A stretch of DNA of 64,000 bases from Pelomyxa schiedti (lineage: Eukaryota > Protista > Evosea). Positions 25,641 to 43,500 of the stretch are shown piece by piece (within the stretch, counting starts at the first letter, position 1; every line of letters starts with the position of its first letter). The DNA is taken from contig JAHLWZ010000676.1 in assembly GCA_020536535.1 (NCBI GenBank), positions 113,316 through 177,315 on the forward strand, written 5' to 3'. The translations under genes were made by a program, and so were the position numbers. Under the pieces are notes generated by a model that saw only the letters and a list, made by a program, of their open reading frames with translations, made no database searches and was not told where the DNA came from.

Positions 25641-26090
25641 TTACAACAGGGCTCGGGCCACTTCGGGAGGGAAGCAGTCGGCGTTCTTTTTCGCGCATGG
25701 CAGGCAGAACCTCTTTGTGTAGTACAGAGAGCACTTGACACACACCGACGCGCCGCACAGGCCGCACACGCCGCCGAGGCACAGGACCCCGCAGCAGTTC
25801 CTCTCGTCCGGCGATGCGAATGGGTCCCTGATCATGTACACGTCCTCGAGGAATATCACGCTGCTGTTTTCTGCCGCCGAGTTGCTGCCTCTGTGCTGCT
25901 GCTGCGACGACGGCGGCCTGTGTCTGCCTCGTGATGGTGATTGAGTCGTCCAGTTGGCGTTTTTCCCGAAGCAGTCGTAGGCGAATGGCTCCCCACAAAT
26001 GCGGCACGAAAAAGACTGTTTGTGTTTCGAAGTTGGTGGTGTTGGTGTTGTTGTAGTTGTTGCTGTTGCATCGGGACTGCTGCTCATCAT
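25641..26090 (-). CDS. CDPF1: Cysteine-rich DPF motif domain-containing protein
   Basis: Intronless; FSCRICG..YDCFG, IFLEDVYMIRDPF, LGGVCGLCGASVC..CSLYYTKRFCLPC. Confidence 0.88.
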   Translation of the reverse strand: MMSSSPDATATTTTTPTPPTSKHKQSFSCRICGEPFAYDCFGKNANWTTQSPSRGRHRPPSSQQQHRGSNSAAENSSVIFLEDVYMIRDPFASPDERNCCGVLCLGGVCGLCGASVCVKCSLYYTKRFCLPCAKKNADCFPPEVARALL

Positions 26091-26355
26091 TGTGTGGTAG
26101 CAAATTAAAAATGGAATTTTACTTTTCTCTTAGGAGGATAAATAGAGCAAATCCAAGGCCACGACGAGAGCAAAGGAAAGGGCTTTGATGCTGAGGGAGA
26201 GGTGATGTCTGGGACATATGTTGTTGTGTGCGAGGATGGTGGACAGGGCTAGTGATATTTGACTGCTGGTAAGCCGGAAGAGCCTTTTTTTTTTTGGTGT
26301 TAAAAAGGGAATGCATGGGAGTTGGTTTTTTTTTTTAGGAAGGAAGAAGGAATAC

Positions 26356-29350
26356 TTACCGAATGCAACAAGAGAGCATTTTGTTTTGCTGTAGTGAAAC
26401 TGGTATTTTTGTGAAGGAGATGGTTACTAAATTGTCCGAGGGAGAAAAGATCACTTGCATACCACATAAGGCACTAATCTTTTCGTTGAGACCTTCTACC
26501 GAGGGAATCGCCTCCCTTATAAAGAGGTGAGTAACAGGAGGGACTTTAAAAAAAGATGTTACCATGGGAAGAGCATCTCGTCCAGTTCAATTGAGTAATC
26601 CGCTATTGGAGGACAGCGGTGCAACGAATTAATAAGGTTGGTGAGAGTGCCCACAATATCACTGACAGACTGTACAATGGCCAGGTGTTCAGGATTTGAG
26701 AGAGCGGTACTGTAGAAAACTGTACTCTCCTAGATAAATGTTAGGCATGCATGAGAAACGAATGGAAAAAAGAGACCTGTAGCAAATTCATTCCAGAGGA
26801 TAAAATTTCCTCCTCCTCCTGCAAGAATATTAGAGACTCAGTCGTGGTCGAGTGGAACTATACTTTATGACTCAAGTCGGGACCAGACTGTGAATAAATT
26901 GATGCCAGAACAGTGTCTTTTAGCTCTTCTAGATGCTGTGCCAGGAGTTGCATTACTTGTGAATCTTTAGGTAGCCTAGATTTGACATTTGTAAAAATAG
27001 ATTACAGTTGAGATCATGCATACCCTTGAACATGTGTGGATATCAAGGCTCTTACACATACACCAACGCCAAAATTGGAATTCGATATCATAATGCTAGC
27101 ATCCGGGAGTTTTGTATTAAATGCAATGCAAGTGATAAGTTCATAAAACTGCACAGAAAAGTTAGCTGTCGTAGGTAGGAACTTATTTCATGAAGACACT
27201 TTCAGAGTCTGTTTCAAAAGGTCAACGTCAGAACCAGGGCCAACTCCCAAGTTGCATACAGAAGTAACAAAATCTGTTGTGAAAATTAGGTTGAAAGAAT
27301 GACGTGAGGCAAACTTTTCATCGAGTCGTACACTTCCGGTACTCCTCTACGGAAATTGCATGCATAGGACCAATAAGATGCTCCAATAGTGGAGACATAA
27401 GGGAGAACTAAGACAGTTGCATCCCCTGATAAAATCTGGATGCATGACATAAGTTCTTGTTTTGGGTGGTAAATAGAGTACAATTCCGTTGAGTTTGGTT
27501 CCGATGTTTTTTAAACGCTCTTGCAAAGTGAGAACGGAGTCAGCTATTGGGCCTTTTTTCCCAACGAGGTCAAGAAGCCCCTGGATGGACAAAGATTAAG
27601 GGTAAGTTTTTCCTCATCTTATTGTTACTTGAACAGCTCTATTCGTTTCAGCAAATGCCGCTGAGAAGAGTTTGAACTTAAACTGGCCACCCATGAATCC
27701 ACTAGTTGAATTGACCCACCTTTTTTTGTTTGTGTTAATGTCACGTGATCCTTTTTAGAAAAGTACTTGATTACTGCACTGGAATATTCGTGAAATGACT
27801 TCGCTTCGGTATCTAAAAAAATGTGAGCAATGCAAAAAAATAACTGTGTCCCAAGACCTATTGGTATGAGCGGTGTCACTTGGATTTGACAGGCATCAAA
27901 CTTTGCAGTGTCCACAGATGCAACATCTAGAAAAGGTCAAATAAAAAAAAAGAGTTGTTGGTTGTTACCTGGCTCGAACCATGATCTGAATTGTGTAATT
28001 AGAAGTGCCGCTAATTCTTTTTCCACTTCTTTTTTCTTATTTGCAATTTCGTCTTCCATGGGTCCTTGCTGATCTACTACTTCTACTGGAAGTGGGTCCC
28101 AGTACTCCAGGAGTTTCCATACAGTCTGGGTGAAAATAAGGATGCAAAAAGTTGGATATAGGCATGCCTCTTCTAATTTCAATCTCGTGTTTAACACTCG
28201 CATTCTGTCTTCAACGTCACTGCGGTATGCAGCTCTTAATGTGCCTATTGCGATCAGTATTGTGATAGCGACTATGAACAGGCATAAAACGTGGATTGCA
28301 TACTGCTGGCTGCGATAGAAGCGGCTGTAACCACAGTTACCCTGTCAATTGTGGCACTTGGTTTCGTTGGTGTTGCAGTAGAAGTGGCAGCTGGGGTGTT
28401 TAGACTTACATTTGATTGGGTAGGTGTTTGGGATGATGGTGTGGTGGTTGCAGTAGTGCTAGAAGCGGGAGCAGGTGTTGGGGTGGATGCAGGAGTTGTT
28501 GACGTTGAAGGTGAGGGTGTTGGTGACGTAGTGGATGTAGGGGTTGGAGAAGCTGGAGAAGTAGCAACTAAAGGTTTGGTGGAACCATAATAACCTAATT
28601 ATAGGTTACTTGAACTTGAACAAAAAGAAGAGAGAAAGCATCATAACTTGCTTTGGGTCTGCTTTCTGTAAAAGAGAAAATGTGAGTACACAATTGTTTA
28701 TATTGTTTTGGTGCCTTTGAATTGTTGAACGAATCTTTTATCCATTGATGCAACCAAGGAGTTGGCAGTTTGGCCAGATGCATTTTCTAGGTCCACCCTG
28801 GCACCCGACTTGGATAGGAACAGTGCCACGGCCTCTTGTTTGTTGTGAAGGGCAACATGTAGAGGCTGGTTTTTTTTTTTTTTTTTCATAAACCAAAAGC
28901 AAGAATAACTTATGCTCTCCCCAAATTGGGATCATACTGTTTCGCCACCAGGGGATTTGAAGGTGATATCCAAGTTTGCACCGCGACCAAACAGAAGTTC
29001 AGCAATTGCAACATGACCATACTCAGCTAGTTAACAAAATGTTACCACAAGAAAATAAGTCCAAGGAAAATCATTGGGGGAAAAAAACAACTGGCAAAGC
29101 CAAGCAATAACAAAAACTAACAAACCTGCCCAATGCAATGGAGTCTTCCTCTCTGCATGAAGAGAAATAAAATTCAAGAGTTACAAAATGAGGTCTCAAA
29201 AAAAAAGGGGGGGAAGCAGTTACCTTCGTCAAATTCGTTTACGTTCACGTTCCCTTTCTCCAGAAGTTTTTTTAGTTTCTTGGCGTCGCCTTTGGCCGAG
29301 TACTCCCATAATGGCCCCTTGAACTTCTTCTTCTTATCTATCGTCGCCAT
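26356..29350 (-). CDS. N-terminal ankyrin repeats + Thr/Pro linker + uncharacterised helical C-terminal region
   Basis: MATIDKKKFKGPLWEYSAKGD..VNVNEFDE-RKTPLHWA, GHVAIAELLFGRGANLD, PLHVALHNKQEAVALFL; TP-rich linker about 28320-28590; many downstream exons. 3' end approximate. Confidence 0.7.
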
Positions 29351-29551
29351 CCCCCGCTCAACGCTAGTGATTTCGGACTTTTGTTTTTAGCCTTTTTTCC
29401 CCGGCTCAATGAGTTCCACACCCAATCAATCGTTTCGCGAAAAGGGGAAAAATTAAAAAAAAAAGTGGCTGTATGATTATTGTCTTTCGAAAAGACAATA
29501 AGGGTGTTACTCTGGGACTGAATGATGGGACGTTTCTTCTGGGCAAGTATG

Positions 29552-33393
<3,842 letters not shown>

Positions 33394-33518
33394 CTACTGC
33401 GCCACGAAAACGAAAACAAAACCCCAATCAAAAACTGCAAAGGGGGGAAAAAGAGGAAGAAGAAGAAAAAAAAACCTTTGAACAATCGACGAGCCACCAT
33501 CACACATACAGCAGCACC

Positions 33519-34336
33519 ATGGAGCGCATGCCATTCCTGGGGTTCACATTGGCTCCCGAGGTGAAGCGGGGGCTCCTGATCCTTACCCGCTGCGAGACCC
33601 GGCAACTGCGGCCTGTCCTCGAGCTCGTGGCGGCCACGCTGCACACGGGGGCGCCGCCGCGGCCCGAGCAGATGGCGGGCGCGGCGGAGCGCGGGGGCGG
33701 CATGCCCCTCGCCGAGGTGGAGGCGCTGTTCACGGGCGCCATGGGCGTCGTCAGGACCGCCGTGTTCGCCAAGACGTCGGTCGAGCACTTCAAGCTGGAC
33801 CTAGCTGAGTACAAGATTCCGAACCAGCACATTGCTGATTTGGCTGCCGTGTATAACAAGAGGTTTCCTTTTTTTTTTTTTTTTTTTTTTGTTATTATTA
33901 TTTATGCTTGGTTGGTTTTTATTTTTTTTTTTAAACTACCCTATGTGTGGAATTTTAATTCAAAATTAACTCTTCCCTAATGACAAACAAAGCCGTGCTG
34001 TTGTTCATGAGGGAGCAATTGCAAATAGAGTGAGGTACCCTGCCCTTGTTGACCTCAAATGGAGAGTGGATGTAACAATATCAACAAGTTCAATGTCCAG
34101 GTCTCTTGCCCCTTATGTGGTATGCATATCAGCCAAAATTTCCCGCATGGTCGTGGTTTTATTTATTAACCCACTGTAACAAGTTGATGGAAATGACAAC
34201 AAGTGATGGCAGAATAAAGACATTTGAGGTTCCACATGACAAATTCCATGAGCTCCGCTATAATGTTGCCCGCGTTTTGAAAGAAATGCAAGACCTCGAG
34301 CAGCTACAAATCCTCAAGATATCTGATAAGAGCTAA
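33519..34336 (+). CDS. COMMD5: COMM domain-containing protein 5
   Basis: FLG..APEV N-terminus; PALVDLKWRVDVTISTSSMSRSLAPYV-LMEMTTSDG..FEVPHDKFHELRYNVARVLKEM; two introns. Confidence 0.88.
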
Positions 34337-34544
34337 AAAAAAAAACCATGGTCGCAAGATCATGTATATTCTAAGATACATTCTGTCGTCTTGTCCTGTT
34401 GACGAACAAGTGTAGTTCTGAAACTCCAGGAAAACTTTGCTTGTTGCAACCAAACTGGATTCGGGAACCGCCACTTAAGTTTCCTGAGAACATCACCCTC
34501 GAAATGGGGCCGTTCGGAGAACCAACCGAAATAAAAATAAATTA

Positions 34545-37500
34545 ATGTCAACGGGTGGCATCGAAACCCGGCGCTCGTCGACGGGCTCGGCCCCCAAGCC
34601 TGCCGAGGTTCTCGTCGACGATCGCGAGGAATGGATCTCGCGGACAGTCGCCTACTCGTTGTTCGTGAGTCGCCAACAGGCCAGCGAGGCGCGCAGGGAA
34701 CTGCTGTCAAGTCCGCGCTCGCCCCTGCTCAATTTCATGAACGACGCCGACTCCAATCTGCTGATTGCCAACAGATCGGCCTCAGGCCCGACGCCGACCT
34801 CAATAACTCTGAGCAACGACCTCGGCGGGCTGATTGGGACGTTGGTGCCACAGTCCCAATCTGGTTCACAGAAGCCGCCTGCATCTGCATCTGCTGTCTC
34901 AAAGATTGTGATCCTCATGAAGCCTAAACAAGTGCTTCTCACAGATCAGAATATTTCCACTGCAGTCAGTGTGTGCACTTTGCCAATTTCAAGTGCCATC
35001 AGGTCACTTTCATCATTGGTGTCTGATGTATTTGCTCCACTGCTTCTCAGGTGCAACAAACATATCCACCTTAGCCATAACTTTTTCTTTTGGAAAATAT
35101 AGCTTTCTGGGTTTTTCTTTTATGGGAAGTATTTATCAATAGTTTTCGTTCTCCAATTAGGTTTTTTTCCTCACTTTACTAAACACTTTATGCAGGACAG
35201 GGTCTGAGCTTACAGTGACCCTGCAGCCACTTCTTGCACAACTTCAGTACGGGCTGTCACAAAGTGATGGAAGTGATGAAAACGATATTTCTCATATCCA
35301 CACAATTTTTGACGAAGTGGCTTTCTGGGAGAAACTTTCACAAACCCAGAACACAGTTTGTGGATTTTATTTCTTTGATTTCTTTACAACTTTGGGAACT
35401 ATAGAAAACCTCTGAACGAGCGTATATATTCTATTCAGAATTGAAGACAATTTCAAGTTCATTGATGTCAATCAAGTTAGTAGTGTAACTCTACCTCACA
35501 AGATCTTAATTTCACAAGACAAAAACCTGTGCATGAAGTGGTATCCTTGCTAGACTCTATTCAGGACACACTTGACAAAATCTGGTCTCCTTTTTTAGCT
35601 TCTGCCCTCAGGTGTGACTTTTTTTTTTTAGGAAATTGAATCAAGTCCCCTGCATTGATGAAGCAAGGATGTTACATATAATGCTCTTAATTGGAGTTGA
35701 ACTGACCAATTTTCTGAAGCACAAGCTTCCTCCTTCACATTTATGGAATAACACATATTCCATGGTATCCCTCCATAAATTAGTGTGATTACTCCCACTA
35801 CACAGACCCGAGACCACATTCAGAAGAGTCTACTTTTACTAAATAAATGGTCAAATGTTACTGATTCTTTGACAACAATTCTGTGGCCTGGATTTCCTCC
35901 TCATAAGTACCACCCCCTTCACAGAGAAATCACTCATCACCCACTTCACAGATGGGTGGGTAAAAAATTTGAGGATAGTAGCATGGTGCAATTTCGAGCC
36001 AGATTGGAAGAGGTGTGAATTTTTCCAAAATCCTGTGTTAATCGGTTTCAGATTTTAGATCTGAGAACGATGGTGGAACACATTCAAGGGCTACTGACAC
36101 ACACAGTGCCCCAAAATCCCTTCCAACATTTTTTGTCAATTGACTGTACTTTCCACTTCAATTCATACTCCACCACTTTGTGGCAGGTGAGGGTCCGAAT
36201 TTGAATTACAGTACATTAAAGTTCTCAAGGCTGTGGTGGCACACTTTTTTCAAGAGATTGAAACGTCTCAAATCAATGCTGCTCACACACTTAGGCTGCG
36301 ATTTGCTTTATTAGCCCAGCAACCTCATCAGCTGGTTAAAGAATACACAAAGTACAAAGACCTAATTGCAATTCCAACAATCTCCAAACAACTAAGTGTG
36401 TGAGTGTACTTCACTATTACACCTTTAAAAATACACTAAGCTCAAGAACGTGAAACACTCTTTGTTCAATTGCAAGGAATTATTTCTTCTACGATGACTG
36501 AATTTGACCAAGTATCAAAAGACTTCTTGGTATCCCAGAGAATTGGAGACTTTCTCCCTCTGAGTTCCGTTAGGATGGAAGAAGTAGTATTGGAGTACTT
36601 TGTGGGCCTGGTAGCATTCCCGAAATTGTTTCCCTCATTGTGTGGGTCCAAAGGCTTATCAATAAGGCATGCTATTTGTCAGACCTTTTTTGCTTATTTC
36701 TGTTCAGGTAACTGGTTGTATAGCAACTGGTGATGCAATTGTTGGGGACATGAAAGGCCTACATAGTGGGTTCTCCAGTAATGCATCACACCTTCTTAAA
36801 GCACTGAAGACTTTTCAGCGTGACAGGTTCACTGAGTGGTGCCAGGTCCCCAGAAAAACCTCAAATGATGACACTCACTAATTAAGGAATTAACTGGCCT
36901 ACTATCCTATGACTCTCAAGCACTCCTGATAAATTCTAGTGCCCAGCTCATAGAAATCGAAAATGGAGTGGCAGTTGTAAAGTTCCACAGTAGACTCATT
37001 TCTATGATTCGTGAGGTAAACATTGCCCATGTAATGATCCCTCAAATGAAGCTTGCAGGCTCGGCAATTAAGTGCTATTGGCTTCCAAGTGCCCACTGCA
37101 ATTAAGAAGGCTGCTGAAGATGCTCTGCGATATTATAGATATCCTTCTTATACATGAAATCCAATGCACAAAATCTTTCCTTAACATTTCTACGCATGGA
37201 ATTGTACTGAATCAACTGGGGACTTTTTACAACACACTTCGCACTCAAGTTTTAAAAAGCCTAAAAGGGATACTTCTTAATTTTGAAGTACCATTTGATG
37301 AACTTATTCAACACCCTCAAGGTCATTGTTACTTGCCCTCTATCTACAATAACCAGCCCTATAGCCTCTACAAAAAATTTAACATGGAAGAACTCTGTTG
37401 ATGTTGAAATTTATATTGATAAACTTCAAAGAGCTGCTGACCAGGTTTTTTAAAGCACCTTCTTCTGTTTCTAATGTAAATGAAGATTATTAGTGAGAAC

Positions 37501-40500
37501 CGCAAATTAACAAAGATTCACCAAGGCATTGCAGAGCAAGTGGCTGTATTAATGGATACAAGCATACTGACAGATTCCCTGAAGTGGGACTCCACTGTTC
37601 ATCACATTAGGGGAGTGATTGACCAAATTGAAAGAAAAGGGTACTTTTTTCTGTTATGGTACCTACTCATTTGTGTCCAGTTATCCAAATGTTCAAGCCT
37701 GGAGATATCACTGGGACCACCAATTGTACAAAGCACTGGAGCTGCAATATAAACAAGGACTGCTTAAGTTGACAGATACTGTATCCAACATATCATGCGA
37801 ACTTATTCTAAAGCAACAAATTCTTCAGTTCAGGTATTTTCCTTGTTGTTCTATTCTCAATTGAAACACTCAACAGGCCCCCTTTTGAAGAGCTGCGAGC
37901 TTCATATTACAATTTAATTGGGAAGTACATACAGTATCCACTACACTTCATTGGAGTTAGCCAGTCCACAACTAGCCCCCCTGAAAATAATATCTTCAAG
38001 GTAATTAATGCATTACCTTTGTCATCCTTAATGCTTTGAAGACCATGATTCAGAGGAATGAAAAAAGCCTTGTGGGCGTTTACAAGAAAGCTGAGGAAAT
38101 TTTTCAGCAAATACATTCTTCTAAGGACATTTTTACTGAGTGGGTTACTCTGGCATCAATACCAAATGTCGACTCTTTTGTTGCCCAAGAAATGAGTGAA
38201 ATTGAGGACTGGGAGGTTTGTAAGGATTGTCATTCTCCAGTCTGACCTTACCACAGTATAACTTCCGAATGATTAAAAAAAAAGGACGGCAAATGGACAA
38301 ACTTCCAAGTTCACTTACTGTGGCATGTGTGCGAATTTCCTTTGGTCCAGTCAAAGCAGCTATAGAACACCTTCTTCAGGCCCTTACTGAAGCTTTACTG
38401 AAGTCACTACAGGCATCAATTTTGGAAAATGTACACCAAATAGAATCTTTCCTAGTCTCTTCGCTAGGAGATCTGAGGTACCCTCTTTCAAAGTAAATAG
38501 CATCTGAGAATTTCTTAGAGAAACTCCTCTATCTCCAGAGAAGATGGCTGAATCCAATGAAATTTGTGCTCGAATAAGAGATGCCATACCACTTCATGAA
38601 AAACTTTTTCAGAAAATCGAATTGAAGAACAAGTACCAACTGATGTTTTGGCAATCTAATGGTTAAAAAAAATTTTCAGACTCCTACGCACAGTTTCAGG
38701 CCAAGGGATACCCAAGATTACAACAATCCGAACTCAATGGGCAGAGCTGGATTCTGCCCTTGGGAATCACAAGCAATTGATGGAATCCCGCATGTCTTCC
38801 ATGAAAGAAGAACTTGATTCCCGTTTCCTCAACTTGCTTGAACAAGTGAAAGCATTTGCCCTAGATTGGGTACTAAAAAATAGATACACAGTAAAAATTA
38901 ATAGAAACCAAGGAAAAATTGAAGCCCAACCAAGATGTCATACGTGATGTGCAAGCTGCAGCTGTAGCAATTGACACAATGTCTCATCTCAGAGACAAGT
39001 TCAACACACTCAAGCAGGAAGCCATTCAGCTCACCAAAGAGAGTACACAAGTTGGACTTCCAGCTCGAGACTTTCATTCTCTTGATGACCTGGAGCAAAA
39101 TATATGTGATGTATGTAGCTGCACTTTCTCATCACGACTCAGGTATGTGTAGCATGAGGCATCTTGGGATCTATACAGAACATTCCTCGAAAAGAAAAAG
39201 GAATTTGGTTCTCATCTATGGTTTTCCTTTCGATCCAGGATTGGCGAGTTTGATGACTTCCTCACATCATTCTTGGATACTGTGAAAGTTTGACATGTTA
39301 GCTCTTTAGCCAAACTTATTGAACTTGAACAGAAAAGTTTGCAACAAAGAAATCGAGATTCAGTAACGACGTTTCTACTGAATGAAATAAACACCTTGCA
39401 AGATTTTTCTAGATTACTTCTGTACTACTTCCATGAACAATACAACGCTTTCTCCAATTAATAGTCAATAAGCCCACTGAGAGGAGATGTCTTTACAAAT
39501 GAACACTGGAAAGCTTTGTTTGGACTCTTGAGCATAAGAGTTTCCTCTCCTGAGGCACTTCTTTTTTCGAACTTCCTTGAAGCTGTTGATGCTATTGTAA
39601 CCAAGTCCCCTTTGATAATTGCAGTACCCATCCCCTTCAAAAAACTGTGTTACAGTCTAATAATTTCAACCCAGCTTAGTCAACGAGCACAAGGGGAAGT
39701 GCAAATACGGGAAGCAATGGAAGAGTTGAAAGCCTGGGGAGCCACTGCAGTAATTTTTCTCATCACCCAATCTTATAACACTGCTAGGTGTTCTCAATGT
39801 ACAAGCATGAAGATTCTTTAGGAAGGGTTATCTACTTGATAAAAGAATGGACAGATTTACTTGTAAATATTGGTGACCATCAGTCCACACTGGCCTCTGT
39901 AAAAGATACTGAATACTTTGCCCCTTTTATGGATCAGGCTGCTCAGTGGGATATTGATCTTGCAGCATTGGATCTCTGCATTCATTCTCTCAATCATATA
40001 CAAAGAAAATGGGTAAAAAACAAAAAGTATGAGAGAAATGTAACTTCCACAGGTTTATTTGGAACCTATTTTTTCACGAGGTGCTCTTCCTCACGAGTTG
40101 CAGCGGTTCAAATCAATTGACTCTCACTTCACTGATATTATGTCTGACCTGCAACAGAACTCTAGGGTACTTATTGGTCTACTTCTGAATCTCATGCTAT
40201 TTAGGTTATGCGACTTATTGAGATACCAGGCATTAAAGAAACATTGCAAAGTTTAGAAGAACAATTGGAAAGGTTGGGCATCATAACCAGGCATTTTTCA
40301 AACCTTTGGCAGATGCCAAACTTCTCTTGCAAAATATCTAGAAGAAAAGCGCCTTAAGTTTCCACGTTTTTATTTCCTGGGGGATGATGATCTGTTAGAA
40401 ATACTTGGACAATCTAAAGATCCTGCTGTCATTCAGTCACACTTGAAAAAGCTTTTCCAGGGTCTTCACAATGCAAGTGCTAATCTGATAGTACTGTTTT

Positions 40501-43500
40501 ATAATTTCTGAAACGAAAAAGGTGGAATTTTCAGAGGATAAAAAAAAAATCTTGTCAATGAAGAGTGCAGAAGGTGAGAGAGTCACACTCCTGCAACCCA
40601 TCGAAGTAACTGAAAACGTTGAACTGTGGTTGTTTACGTTGTCACAGCAAATGAAAGTAACTCTCAAAGGTATTTGTATTTTACTCTCCACTTCCTCCTT
40701 ACTCTACAAATAGAGCTGCTTTTGCAAGTACTATCAGGATTTGATCTTCGAACCTGCCCTCTAAAATATATACCAAGTCAAATAATTGGTCTTGCAAATT
40801 GCATCATGTTTACCAGGCAATGCCACAATGCTATGTCTGGACAGAAGGGAAACAGAATGTAAGCCAAAGACTTATCTTTAAATCACTTTGGTTTCCCAAT
40901 TTTGTTTAGTACATTTCCTGTTCTAATGGCTGAGTTGGATCAGCTTCTGCAAAAGTATACACTGGAAGACACTGTGAAAAACAGGCTTGAAGGGTTAAAG
41001 ATCAAAGCAATTATTCTAGATATTATCCATCACAGAGATGTCGTAGAACAGTTACAAACAGCGAAGGCACGAACTAACTCCTTGAAAGAGATACAATGTC
41101 AATACTAAAATTACTTCTTTCTAGTCAGTATCACTTACCCACTGGGTTTGGTTGAAGCAGCTTCGCTACTATCTAGAAGAACGTAACTGTGTTGTCTGTA
41201 TGGGGGAAGGCTCCTTTGATTACACATGGGAGTATCAAGGGAATCCACAAAAATTGGTCTACACACCACTTACAGACAAATGCTACTTGACCCTCACCCA
41301 GGTATCAGTCAGGAAAATACATGAAAAATAACTTCTAACACAGGGAATAATGCGAGGATTTGGTGGTAATCCATATGGTCCAGCAGGTTACCTACCCTAT
41401 TATTTGAAACACCAAAACGCTTAAACGATGTAGGAACAGGGAAAACAGAATCAGTAAAAGCACTGGGACAGGTTCTCAGAAGTTTTTGTATTTCTAATTA
41501 ACATTTGTAGACCCTCGGCAGACAAGTTGTTGTCTTCAACTGTTCAGAAGGCATTGACTACAAAAGCATGGGCAGAATGTTCACAGGCTTGGTTAGGTGT
41601 GGTGCTTGGGGTTGTTTTGATGAATTCAACCGGCTTGACTTGGTGGTTTTGTCTGCTGTATCACAGCAAATTCAAGTAATCCTGCTCGTCTTTTACATTA
41701 ACTCACACCAAATAGGTAATTCAAAGCGCCTTGAAGAGTAGACTTCCCAAGGTGCAGCTCTTAGAAAATTTGATTGATGTTGACCCTTCTGCTGGTACAT
41801 ATCCTTATTTCATGCTACATTTCACCTTGATCTCTTTAGGTATTTTTGTTACCATGAACCCAGCTGGAGCTAAGTACGGGGGCCGGAGTATATTACCTGA
41901 CAATCTTAAACAATTGTTTCGCCCAGTTGCAATGAGTACACCTGATTTATCCCTTATTGCTGAAGTACAAATGTTCTGGAATGCTAAATGAATACTGATG
42001 GTATTTGAGGTTATCCTGCTGTCTGAGGGTTTCTCGTTTGGGAAAGTTCTGGGTTCTAAAGTGGTCACCCTGTTTAATCTGGCAACACAACTACTTTCCC
42101 CTCAGCATCATTATGACTGGGGACTTCGAGCTTTAAAGTCCATTTTGACAACAGCGGGTTTGACTATTCAGGTAGGCACCTCTTAGTACAAATACAATGT
42201 CCCAACCCCCACAGGCAATTAAGAAAGCTGAGAAAGAGAAGAAGATCCCTAAAGATGATGCACCATTTGTTGTTGGAAGGGATATGGAAGAACGTGTTCT
42301 CTTGCATGCACTAAAGTCCACAATCAACTCCAAGTTGATTGCCAGAGATGTGGAAACCTTCCATTTTCTTGTACGTGATGTTTTCCTCTCAGGAGGTGAC
42401 AATTTAGAGCCTGAGGTAAACAAACTTTTATGTTTAAGTTCAGCAACACTTAAAGGGTGGTGAATTGGGGCACTTCACTGCAAATGTACGGAAACATTTA
42501 AAAGCAGCCAATTTAATGGAGAACCCAAAGCAAATTGCTAAAATACAACAAGTAGCTATTCCCACAATAATCACTGAATATTTAAGTGGTACCCAGCTGT
42601 GGGAAAATCTTAATTCCAGAATGGGTGTAGTGATTGTTGGACCTTCAGGTACTGGGAAGACAACACTATGGAAGATTTTAAGGTAGCCATTCATGTCATT
42701 CTTCTTCTTTCTAAAACGTGGATAGACTTGCTTGGCAGGAGACATGGAACACCACAATAAAAATTACCACCCTTAATGCCAAGGCAATGCCCCCTTCCGC
42801 TGTTGTAGGTCTGCTACATCCTGACACCAGGGAATGGCACGACGGTGTTCTTACTGCTGCAGCCAGAATGGTAATTCGGCACATTGGTTTGGAAGAACCT
42901 AACAAACTGTCAGGTTTCCAAAGAAAGTAATGATGTACGCAACATTATCTTATGTGACAGTGATATTGATCCCTTATGGATCGAGTCACTGAATAGTGTG
43001 CTGGATGATAACAGGCACTGCCTTACACATTATATTCCTTTCCTGTCTCATGTTTCTCCAGGCTATTAACTCTTCCAAATGGCGAGAGGATCCAATTTCA
43101 ATCGAATGTTAACTTTCTTTTTGAAACACATTCTTTGAAATATGCCTCTCCTGCAACTGTAACAAGGATGGGGATGATTTTTATGGACGAGACAGATGTC
43201 GACATCAAGGTAACCACTAGGGCCTTTTAGTTTTAACCAACTGTAGGAAATTGTTTCATCATGGAGTTTGACCAAACTTCCTGATGAAACTCGGGAAAAG
43301 ACCATGGAGTGGGTCAACACATACTTTTATAGGGCACTAGATTATGTTCGACAGGTTGTTGCTTCAATGCATGTGGCCTTAGCTTATATTTTCCCCAAAT
43401 TAGTTCCCCCTTGTGGTAGAAACTACGTTAGTGGGATTAGTAAAAACTGGCTTAATCTTCATTGAGAACACAAAAAACAAGGTACAATCAAGTTATCTTT

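Noticed and set aside
28126-28167. Additional GC-AG intron (GCATGC...CCCAG, minus strand)
   Set aside because: Plausible, but 42 nt in frame with no stop and no known homologue to anchor it, so not counted.
34440-34495. RFX X-box-like sequences upstream of dynein-2
   Set aside because: Only partial matches (GTTGCAAC, GTTTCCTGAGAAC); not distinguishable from chance.
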